Positions 57,501-61,211 of a DNA stretch of 64,000 bases are shown piece after piece. Both the position numbers and the translations under genes were made by a program. The DNA is from Elusimicrobiota bacterium. GTDB taxonomy: Bacteria; Elusimicrobiota; Elusimicrobia; F11. Location: positions 128,001 to 192,000 of the forward strand of contig JBGAON010000005.1 of NCBI GenBank assembly GCA_044221725.1, written 5' to 3'. The notes beneath the pieces were generated by a model. It was not told the DNA's origin and made no database searches. It saw nothing but the letters and a program-made list of their open reading frames with translations. Each line of letters starts with the position of its first letter. The first letter of the stretch is position 1.

Positions 57501-60095
57501 GATGAACAGCGCAGCGCGATGCTTGCGCCGAAACATCGCTTCCGAATGGCGATCAATGGCTTGGGCGCCGGCGCCAGTCAAGACCATATCCACGCGCATT
57601 GGGTGCGTGAGCGTTTTGAAATTGAATCCGTGAAAATTAACGATGTCGTTGATTATCCGGCGCAGGCGCGGGTGACAATCGGCACTGTCGATATTTTGCC
57701 GGCGGCTATCGGTGCAACCGCCGAACCGGTTCTCGGTTTGGCACTCGAGGCGAACATCAACGATGTCCCGACTCTCGCGCAGGCCCTTAGTGATGCGCTA
57801 ACAAAAATCAGCAAGCACGGCGAAGGATACGATGTCTTTTTCTATCAGACCGTCGCCAACAACGCGACCGTCCTACGTGTAATTGTGACCGGTCGTCGCT
57901 TTGAGCGGACAAAAACGTTTGACGCCCCTTGGGGTGCCAATCAGGTGACGATGCGCGAAGTAACAATCGAAACCGAAACTGGGAAGGGACTTTTTGAAAA
58001 ATCCACAAACGACGAACTGCTGCAGGCCTATCGCGAAGCGCTCGCGGAGACTTCTTACACAGCCGATCAAACGCGAACGCTGCTCAAGGAAATCCTTCGG
58101 CCAAACTTTGAATTTGGAAATGTCGTCCGGTTTTCCAACGACCCGGTTGCCGGACGGACATTCCGAATCGGAGGACCGATTGATCAAACGAATCTGTGGT
58201 ATTCGGCAGCGGATAGCACGCGAGGCGAAGCGAATTCCGTCATTGTGACGGAGAAGGATTACGGTCCGACCATCGAAGTCGACAACGAATTCATGGGCGT
58301 CAGGACTTACAAAAAAGTATTGGAAGACCCGGCGACCGGAATTGCGTTATATGAATTCGGCGGCTACGCGGCGGCTGACCAGCAGCACAACATCGGACAA
58401 CATGGTTTCCCGTTCGGACTTTACCGAAACGTGGATGTGAAACGTCTGATCACTATTCTTAGCGACGTTCAGCGCGGTGTCGATCCAGCAACAATCCCAA
58501 TAACATCACTGAAAACAAGTGAGCGAACTCCTTCTTCTTCGTTTACGCCGGTCTATTCTTATGCAATCTCAGGTTATTTTGGCGGACGCACACATCACGC
58601 GGAAAAACCGGTCTACTCAAATTATGTGTTCTATGTTCCGGCCAACCAACAGAAGCCATTCAGCCGCGCCTTTGAACCGCAGGATCGCGAAGTGGGTGCG
58701 GATCACAAAACCGCGTCGTGGAGTACTGTCGCACGTCAGAAGGGAATGTTCCTGGAGTACACGATCAAAGGAACGGAAACCCCCGTCAGTTACGACGATG
58801 CGGTGCTTGTTCGCGACTTAACCGAAGCAAATGTGCTCTCCAGAGAAAATCCCACGTCGCGCGCCGAAGCGCTTCGTTTGCTCGGACGAACAGAAGACCA
58901 ACAGCGACAGTTTGAAAAACAGATTTTGGAGGAACTGACGACCGGTTCGCCGGCCCAATCCCGCTCACCGATTTTCCAATTCGCAATCACATTCTTCTTT
59001 GCGGGGTTGGCATCTGTTGCCGGGACGCTTTCGTGGTTGCTCACAAACCAAATTGCACGAGAGGCCTGGATTTTTATTGCCGCGTCTTTGACCGTGACCG
59101 GATTGGTCTTTGGTTGGGGCGTGTACGAAGCGATATCTGTTACCATCGCGAAGCGGACGTACGAACGGCATCCGTTGTCGACGGACGAAGCGAATTTACG
59201 GCTCGGCCGCGCCCTTGAGCGAATTCCGGCGGATCTGTTGAGCGGCAAGACCACGATCAGGCTCGCCGAGAACAATGAGCTCGCTCTTTTTGAATCCGGT
59301 CGCACCGAAGAAAGCACGGTCATAATCCACCCCGCTTTCGTTGATAACTTGAATATTTTGTTGCACGAACTGAGCCACCGTGATGGTGCTGGGGAGCTCC
59401 GGGCGCGCTTCCGCGAATGGAAACTGGCGTGGAGAATCGCTACGAACGAACGCGTGCAAAAACAACTTGATCAAGATGCGCGCACATTCGCTTATATACG
59501 GGTTGCGCACGAAGCAAGCGTTGGCACAGGAGCGAGCAAACAAGGGCTTGTGAGTCTTTTATCCGGCATAAATGTCGCAGGGCCCATTGGGCTCGAAGAG
59601 TTCGTAACGAACCCGCGGCAAATTGCGCATCGTGTGTACGCGGCGCGCAAAAAACTTTCGGAACAATCCGCTAACGCGTTTATGTCCACGCCGGCGAACG
59701 TCGAAGGCGTTTTGAAATTGGTTTATATCCCGAGAGCGAAATCGGCTCCAGCGATTGCGCAAGAAATTTCGGCACTCTTGCAGTTGCCGGCGGCAAAGAA
59801 TCGGAGAATAGATATCGTCGTAAAGACGCACGAAGAACTGGAGCGTATGAATGTTAGCGATCTTTTGTCTGTTGACGGGCAGCGCGCCGCCGCGCTTCGC
59901 CTCGTGTTTGCTGAAGGCGCGCAGCGGCCGAAGAATTTTGAGAATCTCATTCGGACCATTGGCGCGAGTTACCGTTCCGTTAATTTCGATTGGGGCATGT
60001 TAAACGCTGATGGCACGTTCGTGCGGAAAATGAGTATCTCCGAGTCTTTTGAGTTGCGCCGGTTTGAGGATGCTATCGTAGGTTCGCAAGCGTAG
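33507..60095 (+). CDS. Giant 8862-aa modular membrane protein: family N-terminal domain, beta-rich extracellular region, TM bundles, (alpha/alpha)-barrel-like region, FKS1/GT48-like glucan synthase module, HIT phosphorylase-like domain, two HExxH motifs
   Basis: Single uninterrupted 26.6-kb ORF with AQDVH, GVEGAF, LTGGFH, AYLSEFSREKTP. Cargo motifs are listed in the findings. Confidence 0.88.
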   Translation: MIQFRRVSTMIFAPKTIAILLVSVLTYETVGTPLAEASQYSSLWSERRKTSSATQNENGQNLLASLPSQSLLKQMPSVKAALPSSVVTTPISNEARKIPPVLRALVAAVPQNQGIVREIYAPLSSSNEPIVLAQDVHMNSEAQMNLAGVIQNIVRENKIDVIGVEGAFAPFDFALARKSGSTESRTQLAKAFMDKKLMGAASYIGLVNDSLPPIVGVDDEKHYDANVLAYLTIRPMKKKTQKDLQKLKRNLDERKAQEFSKEMLAFDALRSGYHEGTIPFGVYVKKLSALSYQLVDSSSSPDSGKRIAESSLAVEQFIAAYEMEKSLDFARVEAERRRVIEKLASVLKGEDVTTLINHSVAYKNGQIGFGTYYRFLKNLCESNGVRLSDTTAFDNYVRYVLLSDGIKADQLFAEITNIEDRVTKALARTPVEKQLADEAEHLALANKLIEFELTPEEWAKYSSSGHDFGRDLGALEDLTAFENFYREADIRSHRMLSNLLGRNRQRASVLLTGGFHTSQMTSLLKEKKIPYIVVSPKLTKVSEDESGSAYLSEFSREKTPLEKMFSGSKLFVLPKTQMAGSAGGLTTFKAFVVFLIGIAGLSTGKTRADVDLTINNVPVHAVVQRGDIRGAVETVELSEKGTPQTYSLLYPSLSARGMDFFFNRVASPKRLVMALGGILSAVLLSPAPAQAALAPRLYGVAAETLWGAAGGALIFSLIIGNFLWTRFNTREPRVSPQPDNRFRPGLDQLEQKETPANLNVWVDPNGVVRPDVLTGGFSDQESKSGLPSVEVRLADGFHFSNGDLVRVSLSGPAGSQSSGWVPAADRMVFPYHGETGMGLRAVHADGTDAVATAVPGSFATAIPVSEAAPGNLGSFDLFTVRTPPEEPVQDRISVNNQSVNGDRVQLQYSLPSDMLVRFSHVNAGANGQTELGSGTDFLPATQFKDGYAILIANGPLRAGNSADIGFAAYRLDASGNYVEVKFQPGEPDLPITATLANAAMIPDNRLTPTNTYTLQPDGMGGFFMNVPAGTKSVAFTVNSLANADQFVFTQSHKNGNGDIVVDALTPFASDDQHRYVLNLLPGVTSVGIAAFADNQIVSIPDSEFAIGTVFENIAADAMANNGRLLTLTQDQKAAFVVVDPANTGHVQIFAPDQPNANEFFIVRNRTDEFGNTVAIDAQIVPDNQTFYSVNVDDPRTTSVSIRPLSVSDKGFSAVPFANGLLKADLTRQSVANALPMTVRLLQPGDKQGTSFVMTVNAEVRNVKLRVNDLNGDRLFVTYSQEIAFEDGTKANVPMVAAIEPDNEGSYSFNKPEGASGFGFQELIRNADGSFDFTTIPLDSIVIAQTARRADPNARAMELRILTPAFFANAEGVNELRSNILGIAIPEGAQSFDVNEIGLRIPLSDHVKFNFTNAEGKIISQFVLPPFGSSAYNALVSSGKLRVTVNNGYFTSIVLNLQTAGATAFAIEVTRPNGAPEPVVGTVTVRFSPTVGQRSIAPIAVSPSTNPQPVVNIFPQFPSNPSVGLIGFGGSSLDNTTSSVFSYSNMSGRWQYDIGIGWYWVDYTKSGAPSITPAKNRPQLEDVPLSYSIVISYRLEIGNETPNVQALLRNDGTLIVERDINIDQAPLESVTLNGLVDDNGNQIESVNVRFVARGRERELKNLKVTNGKIRIRTPIDLPTTTRFEIRSAEGKRVGKPSRIEVNQNDEGLLPDQAPIVVDKMPTPLKTQLPWKGVQFVSARHTSLGDAPDAAEQNAVAAIEGPFVGQASQTNGTSRASETTSSPSFVVRVLWNYFGWLIGPVLFVAFFIRETVEKKLKAIPRADSAREPIVIDGLVPPPNNLIPAVADMPAAVPNSTVAVSEGRSPPVRHLIFAAVFYAALFFVVLPFVSTTLAHWGDLLSALPSTSPWIFPARALQSIVGLSSWMLFFTGNVVMVLMLLNLQTRFHVGRKALLVQSLVLSAAAAAGLVSVSTGLFILATIGFVAISRTRLGAAVGQWIAHPFKEADPKEKKQLSLLGRFQQSITHLPLGLMKTMYSFGFEPIDRLVLLMMGRPVAGERSRSERLFNRMPLVAQLMALPFFAANALLGKRLKLKLYSFATQIVLITVFSGLAVLIAPMFGLDPTLTLSWMMNFNMLDPTATGWAHNVIQDGGVVGALLQIFTVFAILNSYVLQVILTFFSSRRTQPNLGIGRRFSLSLRSGFSAFKFLEGLHWVSFEIEILKYMSGFVSPLHDLVLTIEGHSGVLGAGDEAVQRAVAPFGVSPDNLTRFIPWTTGLSHSELMQLAPIQRTIRDQAKELSAVVKARDLSEVANRQVWLKALRSERDTVLKSIKALEDQAAVSPAERAMVAERMSAENKWIQEIDALAAAVTIDTITLEQKQIVVAKLGERLQSSEAQLAKIKDVATKATAKHRSHVELAAPADTNKEVTVPADTKNGAGGGGDKNKTLNNDDTASLPKNSANVLASIQKNVDESVKRGERAVAAAQRETAAKDRAVAQKELDALAPALTALAGRYEKVTKELQALRDRLKAATSEKVVGVDLRAANERFDAESKRTKDLVARYDNDQRPDVRHFLNIVERNGIVLRPDNTYVALTRADVPKLKFDAAGKLTLAGSNGTVWLGQQTIERLRLHAVASALGADVEATLLQLGRNPVVDAQFEFGRAVSVASGREYSVPQNRIGGLAVSSDGSLVAESVEGTLRVQLSEKGLDVFEPMWLGKKIEVLEKQAESLKQKRVQDISAALEQKNEELASVETDRNVLRDQVAALMARINGETVPPNVVNNDVVLVNHRDNVQSFADLKEKVLAESEKLKQKNRNDKGFTLEDPTDPQSLSRVVQYTNTQEIRNELKAGNIGRARDLLKKSLKGPSSHGGLATTIDVRSFDLRANEQSEDFGPMLLMVQAGLEVLVTDAQKGNFDKELFFQLKDLLDYALFYQLPTGEIPHGVTWRLLTPELQIDAKAFRMMHLLTGEEKYLKAADASEQALMKMYDPQSKKFLARREDGRLDEPADVPGWAMSQLGPEKLKERGVDVEALVQRLREMPKDRFIVEWQVNRAFGLKRGIEYLRSIGNNAAADAAQKDLEKMTNFLLSLGMAYAYERDLNNPDKWVPALGKSMDWGVTTQSGTESNTTRVALEALARGTDPMRTLPDEAYVKARASVPKDNPARKPYFGRGTGPTWRTKEASRDLWFADARANAAKQLLKPDNNVLAFILPEKIGDPVEKIEYAGAASQDKLPPIAFKTIWLSAAPSWAKFDADGWALAPENLYQAGYRAIQRDENGRLYLWRLGVDVGEEAQLERNEGIIEMREWVRGKTRPGRQIFVDPESGRTNFNWFAKRDTGYLYLLMQITGGIIVNESQARGNNITTSIGAFILREQLIADLETRRTVEAVAKKVTDPILRATLLDTLARGARTEDDPALRALSLRMAQVSHDEEFVRLRRLLRADPKLRAGSAELERYNDVRAQVMDRLTEVYATYRNARRAIFALNDVEARLGDRRNAADLKVISDAKNQLWISANGKREIFVFGKENVMAAERLLPMLAEPAKAELQRKIDFAKQHGLDLETPVLKIGPRTFGLPRQTAFDRIYFDRIDANAISIWLNAMAELDPAKQEQLRQEYEWARRTMTARWDKAGFVMIPGAIATEERAALAQMADDGVVRATEKQPRIVGSEPIYPMSLEGKVEAVEEILPQDRRIEGNTWVRITRAKLPPVLGVRSPRGEIIAVIRSNEFGKLKVNGRPLEELRFPLNEITSVSGDGLYLTMNEFDPVRGRFAGYSTYHFGANESNFAAKGFMTTVGRALVARNPLTRVELTANPNIASEITARVRSNNGDSWVDTYSYPTFQDPESRIKERVYPTGRVEKYSDYRFNAVTGQWVAGRTEIYQAGALKSVKLVTGIDERGRVSIEEQTVLMRPKAGNAKEYEPRFVPTRRDLMDGPHLVMRDDLSKNERTIYNLEREKEYERAGFRVEVPAEAFELRNGAVGNKVADFTVSVEESNAVLASVTITRTTVNGKEQEVDVYVRSPANYSDGNGQPMATRLKHKYVIARADRSASGLGPILSRTHEEVFYEDEAARIPDFLLKAVSEMKRKNTGRASEVGRVVRLLQADGRNIIDADGVAPVVRHSVNLGFDYSMFNDKNVHARLSGSVASVRVDHAKDTSGRWYTRKPMIEFYQGEMNVARLDREKGVASFKRSEGEINDPQKFPDRERAGWDDFEFKAADKNSAGDIGDLKYYSIDAQIFDLLANPNSIPAAKRAFQSYQLNRLTQNFQWNETVIMDEWGHALAYIRPDPLYFDINRRVIAINGYDGKQENVETGNVRETIVRAYDQISKSIGLEDLGKATAQLPNGIINFNNPNVAGLNEKGVSLFEIVDYRSAKRFFAFFDTLHENSSIARIEGDGARNLRRIILPRYKIDVPANERDKFNILGDLEATGERTFEMDNGTVGNQTYRSRVVLDRNLIPRLIAQMENEGLNLVAKAIQGPQVLAYEVESLQKPNPQDPNAEQKVMSKFTAIFNKFQQHVKIDQRPNEQRLMRTNINFAFFDPERPWVDLGGISYDYRGDKIGEAVGLSVTLKPGDSRYDIPGTKRVMVRTLGLKSGFIEHRSNDDGVVEAQDTGEFVFPREGTNNYDELYARVFEERSRITLESLKTGKWEEAQRAAENDYRYYARLAFDFKPYRNFTASHLRQLGAAYQTKAFLYSNNVLSPFASSTSTMINIMTDDALGFLVESFRMGTGIYRGEELITTRKETIVNGDKVMVSHGRWKTGAVKPEGVSLEKWVADNFVERLRFFSFIDPTYPGSLAHHGIANITAVFRASEKGLVMSSRANSTRLLPNGDVFFGTLRGVSDVALPADLTPFQLLEYARKNVPTLPITPIAIEGERKDALGRLKAKFSGYQEANEKGYPSDLTAPQRVVFLEYPVDIKDFGSVFAWHELLSDRGIEYEFSRGKFNREAYGDSRRLDTFSNLRIVNTRVDGVVHRVLNYTVDSRRSGGAILEKEVNLDGLPEDDIYAGEFGIDSRNLIYYGLDQLPARSIGKTGERESLRHLFQYATLEKNGHKYLITRTLDLTRNPALERIYPDDMEVRRDGIVIYKRVNGQISPYEDNLVLDPRNEFNRSLVAKLFGQWLRPSWAKEAERLIAEADANGLFEFTEGSRQYIRESGKNFGQLKGAAQLAYYEKGIHLNAIFALAISSMLAFGVFMWKYFLPWRAFRRAPFRANGMSKAEVGQFLSPTDTAAYISFRNRVGFINETDKEALRRVMKHSRDKATFEKFWNRLSFHEGGNVTPTYKAALRVTTAALEATNFRTEGTELGQASDVLGPIMAPIHSFVDNRFLSARQIATIINDVADRATNGGVNRVQLRERILQQLIKNAYFNDFGMKESVKEVFRVEIRKLFEASGFRLGEFDTEYYVEHAIAELGAVPMDYVAAAYVADDSPNKELVTAKNTSKFIKNIFIAENRRLWRPEDENESTRNHGQSVLGWGATTLEEYVLLNTIVPRFIPVMNTNTPAAHYYANQILQKIRSGASHENIQQFMKRHERFWYQVHKDQMTVRLETNRDMRIPGLSYENDTEKTWTFLATWDEFNEFFRYLQWGSDMTLDGRLPENLRNDAAFIRRFRENQTRAGELLRKVSDGEFDFGRPQANLRSDVIQRAVNDGMRPLVRDTQNALNIPRYDSEGNENDTIAYVYKLITDPRVWRAPTMARLVKTVFTAGLAAFMIQVGVELPYVGGVVALAFALSQVHYTRFVTSSNVGVIRQVLSWGALAVVAFLLLLGPGLAFVGYDFATTFPIMGIDTSVKDVMLTVGTAAIVPFLMGIYMNKTVYPGRQGKDTLRNMRAAFFWSMVTVISLAFAFFVCAFLVVTIVFMPVPFEVSGLGVLAPWTRVGFLMLGMGPLRDMFFLTYFGVANLLKGIVRIYVLREYEFAKARTYDTNAHGWQKIYRVLPPARAVFLASAVALAVTTVVLAVGGTLAPLYVALGLVVAAVVFMSSIGMQDHSKGAVQLVPQMVANDPEILTVIREVFLPDWLGEAYLTRQEHDRILNAINALQPEVERLQNSRIFDDSNEGNGLLRLINKDVHASAAMKNLVDALSEKNISLPEMRGFIQDVVNKAFRKDIPAAPKNFDELRSVTYQISGYNEPPYVLWEEFNKKTNEQTQFGMLAASYPEQFALLVNRLQSEGLLSLQQRLDLEFAKTKPSHIVNTLKRGVDDQAIKQIEHWFNMRSQTIYANFQGAVKARAVYSYYIRKFYREKTGSDPAPDVLKKLVEQKVQVVINHTMAADEFIRFLREAFKGKSFNNHSLNNLSLNEYMDLMKQGLDFPAETNNNKLKSGFPFPAWNHSTAKSYMDFLVKENVDLQYGARAQKSDAHQEKYEGWMHTDMNVRGEVVIACDFDMRHDIQETWMVPNVGREYDIDPTFGVGVYSGYIFTEPISPQALVMAKMEMGWLQGEQPTKREIGTLEAYGKFTYRRQMISNLEALPAHLVAEDAKTAERVLTFGGSTGHLSYYKLGKGLSNQWGGSLNPLRKWSGDAPESIYSPLFVKFMFSPYQHWTVKLDALMSYAFYLKKPSVFRTTINVLVLFYLLNFNPWTGLPLTMFLSSLIISQAIGYGAMMLYVEKHGWIKGVAMFARDMVWPIFPFATTIIPQYSDSVTKGFMKKAKFLRTGGKGGALGRYDFEDLFIFMQYGVFPGVIMTFLVGFASFDVLKFSIWFPQILMVSYGFWTAAFLFNSTFDRQTVWTRLARFVYVGALIAAVVVPLVLDFPIIAMLAPTLVLIYWVDAKVFKQRTRWQNIGDIFWRAPKAVLKDALNNSTRLLEIVTQPIATVVALQRAIPLPFRITTLGLTAALIVIVNQATFYVFAGVLIALIVGGAVSPRFERWLHRPSYSWSRLAGTDEEIYRKSLIAIKMAQLLKVSPPDLGVLNSFVGPYFAQGDDGNRRNDTPGFYNSLASMMTGPARQNPSRVLLDKISRHTSNVENHVAAVVPRYDLYRSAFDDLNDYRGRNPSDKNGIDQRQKRLNEVINAYTNYQTAQKELADLRKSNTPDQAKANELQEKITRNEGMLGNSGDYKRFVSLAESILNFGPTVIPTNEPVWNDRLEDLIEGGNVTVESAWARISASERRSLLDMHDNDLGRAQTYLWDRLRNYIDARIRIEIEYVLLADHASLLSDVRAEFIRVRALGAENPDFNRERQALLDRIVESDAMRPSTEILLSLSNPADIQQRIYQALNDLVPVPAARQEQQTVELTPLPPPPAPPTAEQVAAQNAAQAAQAAKAARNRTAARVFGVLIENRERLLGRYGSRLRQLSRVNPLSVDSNEVKSVLNAIVKDSRFAPAWPIYLELSGNNEQEAQKLLLNDVVTLIDLQTTAEAEYASDPLALKDLALSVQEEALIIKRNGGLSQGDKRAFEQRVFRFLGASATEILKDKKTTVDAATRVSDYEIVQKAYDEAVKLAEADITKEINPLKGDAFRHHLENSRLNAALQDTTISEWKRWNLRSKRDREIAAFARDFVKLVNAQKRVSPAATVALKARWESEGLNGRAPPSSDIVKEAYWKIPSSLRKTYSEVTGFNPSSSEPRVSAVGVNADAIGDDVARQLLRDAYDSNYVIEGSKNSAGDAELDLNEQNKAIAQRLIGSDGMSALKAAVELALSIVDNGDDDGYRTRDQIKEITKDGRVVFVFIESNHPTWKNNFFLCFNSSDENILALGGRGLNKDQRKAYVPAALVVGLMGMRTAHENGSKTKLSRQEIDLVLRLIVRHELQHAAEKEKGNATWLNHDAEVTEILNLLAKGGFFPGASAQPGNTPDVAKIAVVGGLVDEANKDGRIVSLLAPVTADSPVRYRYAKAEQNLNGAPDINLAIERVFEMQREAVNTDFDNAGKGKYFKILATSGSILTRRIKVGANQFVRFVVNIARQSKPGGLGLSPVCFLCWNTVRTSFPHEFGMVLGNLRIYFNPTAVWPPTVFGPASEQPQALVVTLNDQEHPSVSQGNISKVNTLQELLTQWVRANQSPSLQDADEQRSAMLAPKHRFRMAINGLGAGASQDHIHAHWVRERFEIESVKINDVVDYPAQARVTIGTVDILPAAIGATAEPVLGLALEANINDVPTLAQALSDALTKISKHGEGYDVFFYQTVANNATVLRVIVTGRRFERTKTFDAPWGANQVTMREVTIETETGKGLFEKSTNDELLQAYREALAETSYTADQTRTLLKEILRPNFEFGNVVRFSNDPVAGRTFRIGGPIDQTNLWYSAADSTRGEANSVIVTEKDYGPTIEVDNEFMGVRTYKKVLEDPATGIALYEFGGYAAADQQHNIGQHGFPFGLYRNVDVKRLITILSDVQRGVDPATIPITSLKTSERTPSSSFTPVYSYAISGYFGGRTHHAEKPVYSNYVFYVPANQQKPFSRAFEPQDREVGADHKTASWSTVARQKGMFLEYTIKGTETPVSYDDAVLVRDLTEANVLSRENPTSRAEALRLLGRTEDQQRQFEKQILEELTTGSPAQSRSPIFQFAITFFFAGLASVAGTLSWLLTNQIAREAWIFIAASLTVTGLVFGWGVYEAISVTIAKRTYERHPLSTDEANLRLGRALERIPADLLSGKTTIRLAENNELALFESGRTEESTVIIHPAFVDNLNILLHELSHRDGAGELRARFREWKLAWRIATNERVQKQLDQDARTFAYIRVAHEASVGTGASKQGLVSLLSGINVAGPIGLEEFVTNPRQIAHRVYAARKKLSEQSANAFMSTPANVEGVLKLVYIPRAKSAPAIAQEISALLQLPAAKNRRIDIVVKTHEELERMNVSDLLSVDGQRAAALRLVFAEGAQRPKNFENLIRTIGASYRSVNFDWGMLNADGTFVRKMSISESFELRRFEDAIVGSQA

Positions 60096-61143
60096 AAGTT
60101 CGCATAGTAAGTGCAACAGTAAGTAGTTGAGGAGTTGGTTATCCCTTTAAACTGAGGGATACCATGAAATACAAGCACTTAACCGACGGCGAACGAGAAA
60201 CGTTGTCGTATATGAGAGCTTGTGGCAAATCGATACGAGAGGCAGCGTTCTATTTGAATCGAGCGCCCAGTACGATTGCCAGAGAAATACGGCGCAATAA
60301 GAGTCGAGCACGTTATCGGTCCCATCTGGCCCATCGGGCTGCTATAGATCGACGCCATCAGACGCTCCGACGTCAACATCGGTTTAAAGCTGATCCTCAG
60401 CTGAGAGATCGTGTTATCGAATGGCTTAAGGCAGGATGGTCCCCTGAGATTATCGCAGGCCGACTGAAGCGTGAAGCCCATGGCAAGTCCGTAATACATC
60501 ATGAGACCATCTATCGTTGGATTTATCGATACGATCGATCTCTCATCAAGTGTCTCGTCCGATCACATCCTCGTCGGTATCGTCGTCATCAACGGCGCTG
60601 GCCGAATCGAATTATCCCTCGACGGATTTCAATTCTCCAGCGCCCCGATTTCATTAACCAGCGCAAACAACCAGGGCATTGGGAATCTGACTTGGTGTGG
60701 GGATCTGGACGCGCTGCTCTGCAAGTGCTTGTCGAACGAAAAACCCGTTTCGTCTTTATTCGCAGAACCCGCAATAAATCCGCTCAAGCCAATTACGATG
60801 CGCTCTCTGAAGCATTGGAACAAATCCCAACTTCTTTACGGCGCACCATCACGTATGATAATGGAAGCGAGAACACACTGCATTGTGAACTCAATGACCG
60901 TTTCCAACTGCAATCGTTCTTCTGTCAGCCGTATCACGCCTGGGAAAAGGGAACCGTAGAAAACACCAACGGTCTGATCCGTCGATACTTCCCCAAACGC
61001 ACCAACTTCGATACCATCTCAGTTCACCAAATCGAAGACGTTCAACGTCGCCTTAACAACAGACCTAGAAAATGTCTTCGCTTTCAAACAGCCGGGGAAG
61101 CCTATTCTTCCACCTTCCGTTGCACTTAAAACGCGAATTCAGC
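60093..61143 (+). mobile_element. IS30-family insertion sequence
   Basis: 26-bp imperfect inverted repeats (60093-60118 TAGAAGTTCGCATAGTAAGTGCAACA; 61118-61143 CGTTGCACTTAAAACGCGAATTCAGC). 3-bp target duplication GCG (60090-60092, 61144-61146). Confidence 0.9.
60164..61129 (+). CDS. IS30 family transposase
   Basis: HTH (LNRAPSTIAREIRRN), WSPEIIAGRL, HETIYRWIY, GHWESDLV, TITYDNGSE, WEKGTVENTNGLIRRYFPK, LNNRPRKCL. Confidence 0.96.
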   Translation: MKYKHLTDGERETLSYMRACGKSIREAAFYLNRAPSTIAREIRRNKSRARYRSHLAHRAAIDRRHQTLRRQHRFKADPQLRDRVIEWLKAGWSPEIIAGRLKREAHGKSVIHHETIYRWIYRYDRSLIKCLVRSHPRRYRRHQRRWPNRIIPRRISILQRPDFINQRKQPGHWESDLVWGSGRAALQVLVERKTRFVFIRRTRNKSAQANYDALSEALEQIPTSLRRTITYDNGSENTLHCELNDRFQLQSFFCQPYHAWEKGTVENTNGLIRRYFPKRTNFDTISVHQIEDVQRRLNNRPRKCLRFQTAGEAYSSTFRCT

Positions 61144-61151
61144 GCGTAAGA

Positions 61152-61205
61152 TTTACATTTTGTTTACGCGTTCTTAAGGAATTCTTAATCCGCGGCGATT
61201 AGTAT
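61152..61205 (+). promoter_or_regulatory. Four-repeat operator upstream of the terminal family gene
   Basis: TTTAC(61152), TTTAC(61163), CTTAA(61173), CTTAA(61184), then TAGTAT at 61200-61205, 6 nt before the ATG. Confidence 0.7.
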
Positions 61206-61211
61206 TTCTTT

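Noticed and set aside
2735..59959. Numerous antisense or alternative-frame ORFs (e.g. 2735-3730, 16721-17638, 40518-41729, 42072-43088, 47610-48647)
   Set aside because: They are nested in well-supported genes, lack recognisable motifs, and are expected shadow ORFs in moderately GC-rich coding DNA.
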